The notes under the pieces: model-generated | Databases searched by the model: none | What the model was told of the DNA's origin: nothing | The model's input: only the letters and a program-made list of their open reading frames with translations | Position numbers and translations under genes: made by a program | Shown: positions 61,911 through 64,000 of the stretch, piece by piece | Numbering within the stretch: the stretch's first letter is position 1 | Layout: every line of letters starts with the position of its first letter | From: Centroscyllium fabricii | Lineage: Eukaryota | DNA: 64,000 nt | NCBI GenBank assembly: GCA_051313645.2 | Contig: JBNRSN020000005.1 | Location: 160,270,001 to 160,334,000, forward strand | Direction of reading: 5' to 3'

Positions 61911-62629
61911 CTGGTGTCACAAGGAAAATCTACCAATACAAAAATGGAAAGTGAATCAAACAACTCACACAAGATATTTTTTCAATCTTGTTTTCCTGGC
62001 CACAGCAAATCAGAATGCTTTACACAGGTGTTGAAAATTTACCCAAAAAGCAGAAATTGGAAACCATTAAATTATTTTTCGAAAATGAAAATGTTTTTGG
62101 CTGCCATTTTATCTCAGTAACTGAAATTTTTAATGTTAAAAATAAGGCTCATAGCATAATAAAGACAACAAATTACTTTGTTGACAAAACCATGATTAAA
62201 ATGACCTATAAATTACATTTTGTGCATTTCACTGTCTTGAAGAGCAGTTTTACTCAGAGACTTCAGCCTATCTCAAAGGCTTATGGTTGGAGTTGTTATT
62301 CCATGCAGAGTTACCACTCTGTCAGCTGAAGAAAGGTAAAAAAAAACACATCTGTACATGCAATTTCCAGGATCGTTCAATGCGCATGTACACTGTGCAG
62401 AACCTCCTAGCATGCATCAGTATGATTTTCTCAGTGAAATGCTTCAAAGCCTCTCTTTACTTCAGCTATAACAGTAATTATGAGTTTGTTTTTTTAAATG
62501 AGTTCAAAACAAGCTGGAACATAAGCTTTAGAATTTTTTTTGAGTTCAGGTTTGACAGGAAAACGATTCTCGAGTTTTATTTTACTTTGGAGAATAGCTG
62601 AAAGAGACAGAAAGAGATTGGAATGAATT

Positions 62630-63615
62630 GAATGATACAGCACAGAAGGAGGCCTTTTGGCCCGTTGTGCCTGTGCCAGCTCTTTGAAAGAGCGATCTGA
62701 TTAGTCCCATTCCCCTGCCCTTTCCCCATAGCCCTGCAAATCTTTCCCCTTCAAGTATTTATCCAATTCCCTTTTGAAAATTATTATCGAATCTGCTTCT
62801 ACCGACCTTTCAGGCAGTTCATTCTAGATCATAACAACATCCTGCGTCATTTTTTTCCCTCATGTCACCTCTGGTTATTTTGTCAATTACCTTAAATCTA
62901 TGTCCTCTGGTTACTGACCCATCTGCCATTGGAAACAGTTTCTTCTTATTTACTCTTATCAAAACCATTCATGATTTTGAACAGCTCTATTAAATCTCCC
63001 CTTAACCTTCTCTGCTCTAAGGAGAACAGCTCCAGCTTGTGCAGTCTCTCCACGTAACTGAAGTCTTTCCTCCTTGGTACTATCCTCGTGAATCTCTGCT
63101 GCACCCTCTCGAAGACCTTGACATCCTTCTTAAAATGTGGTGCCCGGAACTGGCCACAATACTCCAGCTGGGGCATAACCAGTGTTTCCTAAAAGTTTAG
63201 CATAACTTCCTTGCTTTTGTACTCGATGCCTCTGTTTATAAAGCCAAGGATTCCATATGACTTTTTTTCAGCTGTCTTAACTTGTCCTGCCAACGTCAAA
63301 GACTTGTGTGCATACACCACCATATTCCTGCACCCTCTTTAAAATTGTACCATTTAGTTTATATTGCCTCTCCTTATTCTTCCTAGCAAAATGCATCACT
63401 TCATACTTCTCTGCATTAAATCTCATCTGCCATGCATCTGCCCATTTTACCAGTCTGTGAAACCTGTTACTATCCTCCTCACTGTTTACTACAATTCCGA
63501 GTTTCATGTCATCTGCAAACTTTAAAATTGTGCCCTGTATACCCAAGTCAAGGTCATTAACATATATCAAAAAGAGCAGTGGTCCTAATGCTGACCCCTG
63601 GGGGAACACCACTGT
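62630..63615 (-). mobile_element. CR1 3' fragment, decayed
   Basis: PQGSALGPLLFLIY, KFADD, PQLEYC, RRLRGDLIE. Confidence 0.9.
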
Positions 63616-63618
63616 CTG

Positions 63619-64000
63619 GGGGGGATTTTCATGTCCCCGTGAGGTGGGGTTTTGGGCGGCCCGGCCGGCAAAATAGCGGAACCGGCGGGTCCTGCCCCCC
63701 CCTCCCGCCGGATCCCCGCCGCTTTCTCATTTTCGCCCGCCCAGATTCCCCGCCCCGAAACCTTCCCGCCGCCGACCGGCGGGGATGGGTTGTCACCTCG
63801 TTAAGGGCCCTTAATTGGCATCTTTAATGCCATTTTAAGGGCCCTCAGCCATTTTACCCTGTTTTCGGCCCTAACCCCGCCACCTTAAACCCCGCTGGGT
63901 GAAACCCAGTGGGAGCACAGTGCTGGTTATTGCTTTTGGACTATAACCTGGTGTTGTGTGACTTCTTGAATTTATTACTTTCTCCTTTAAGGTGTGAAGG
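63619..64000. mobile_element. Another Harbinger family end, running off the window; carries a 35-bp Penelope-like insert at 63937-63971
   Basis: CTG then GGGGGGATTTTCATGTCCCCGTGAGG matches the reverse complement of the 61473 end; insert flanked by TTATTGCTTT/TTATTACTTT. Confidence 0.85.

Overview
Repeat-saturated, apparently gene-free vertebrate DNA, most likely from a shark (inferred from HE1/V-SINE, Deu-core SINE and CR1 tails). No host protein-coding gene could be supported. Contents: (i) six copies (A-F) of one Ty3/Gypsy LTR lineage, three nested (E>C>D); (ii) a CsRn1-clade Gypsy and the 5' end of a tRNA-Ser-primed Gypsy; (iii) a 10.7-kb PIF/Harbinger element with a spliced, intact Myb/SANT-like gene and a dead transposase, plus several Harbinger-type MITEs; (iv) a Rex1-clade LINE, CR1 and L2 fragments, SINEs and a Penelope-like insert with a minimal hammerhead ribozyme. 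The standout is the six-copy Gypsy lineage. None has a tRNA primer-binding site. Instead, 1 nt after every 5' LTR lies a 13-14-nt sequence complementary to that element's own LTR segment carrying the poly(A) signal, and the pairing co-varies across subfamilies. This points to tRNA-independent self-priming and/or 5' poly(A) occlusion. The lineage also shows a YLDN RT active site, co-varying U5 hairpins, YY1-motif arrays inside gag-pol, and a candidate spliced gag mRNA. All coordinates and mismatch counts were read by eye.
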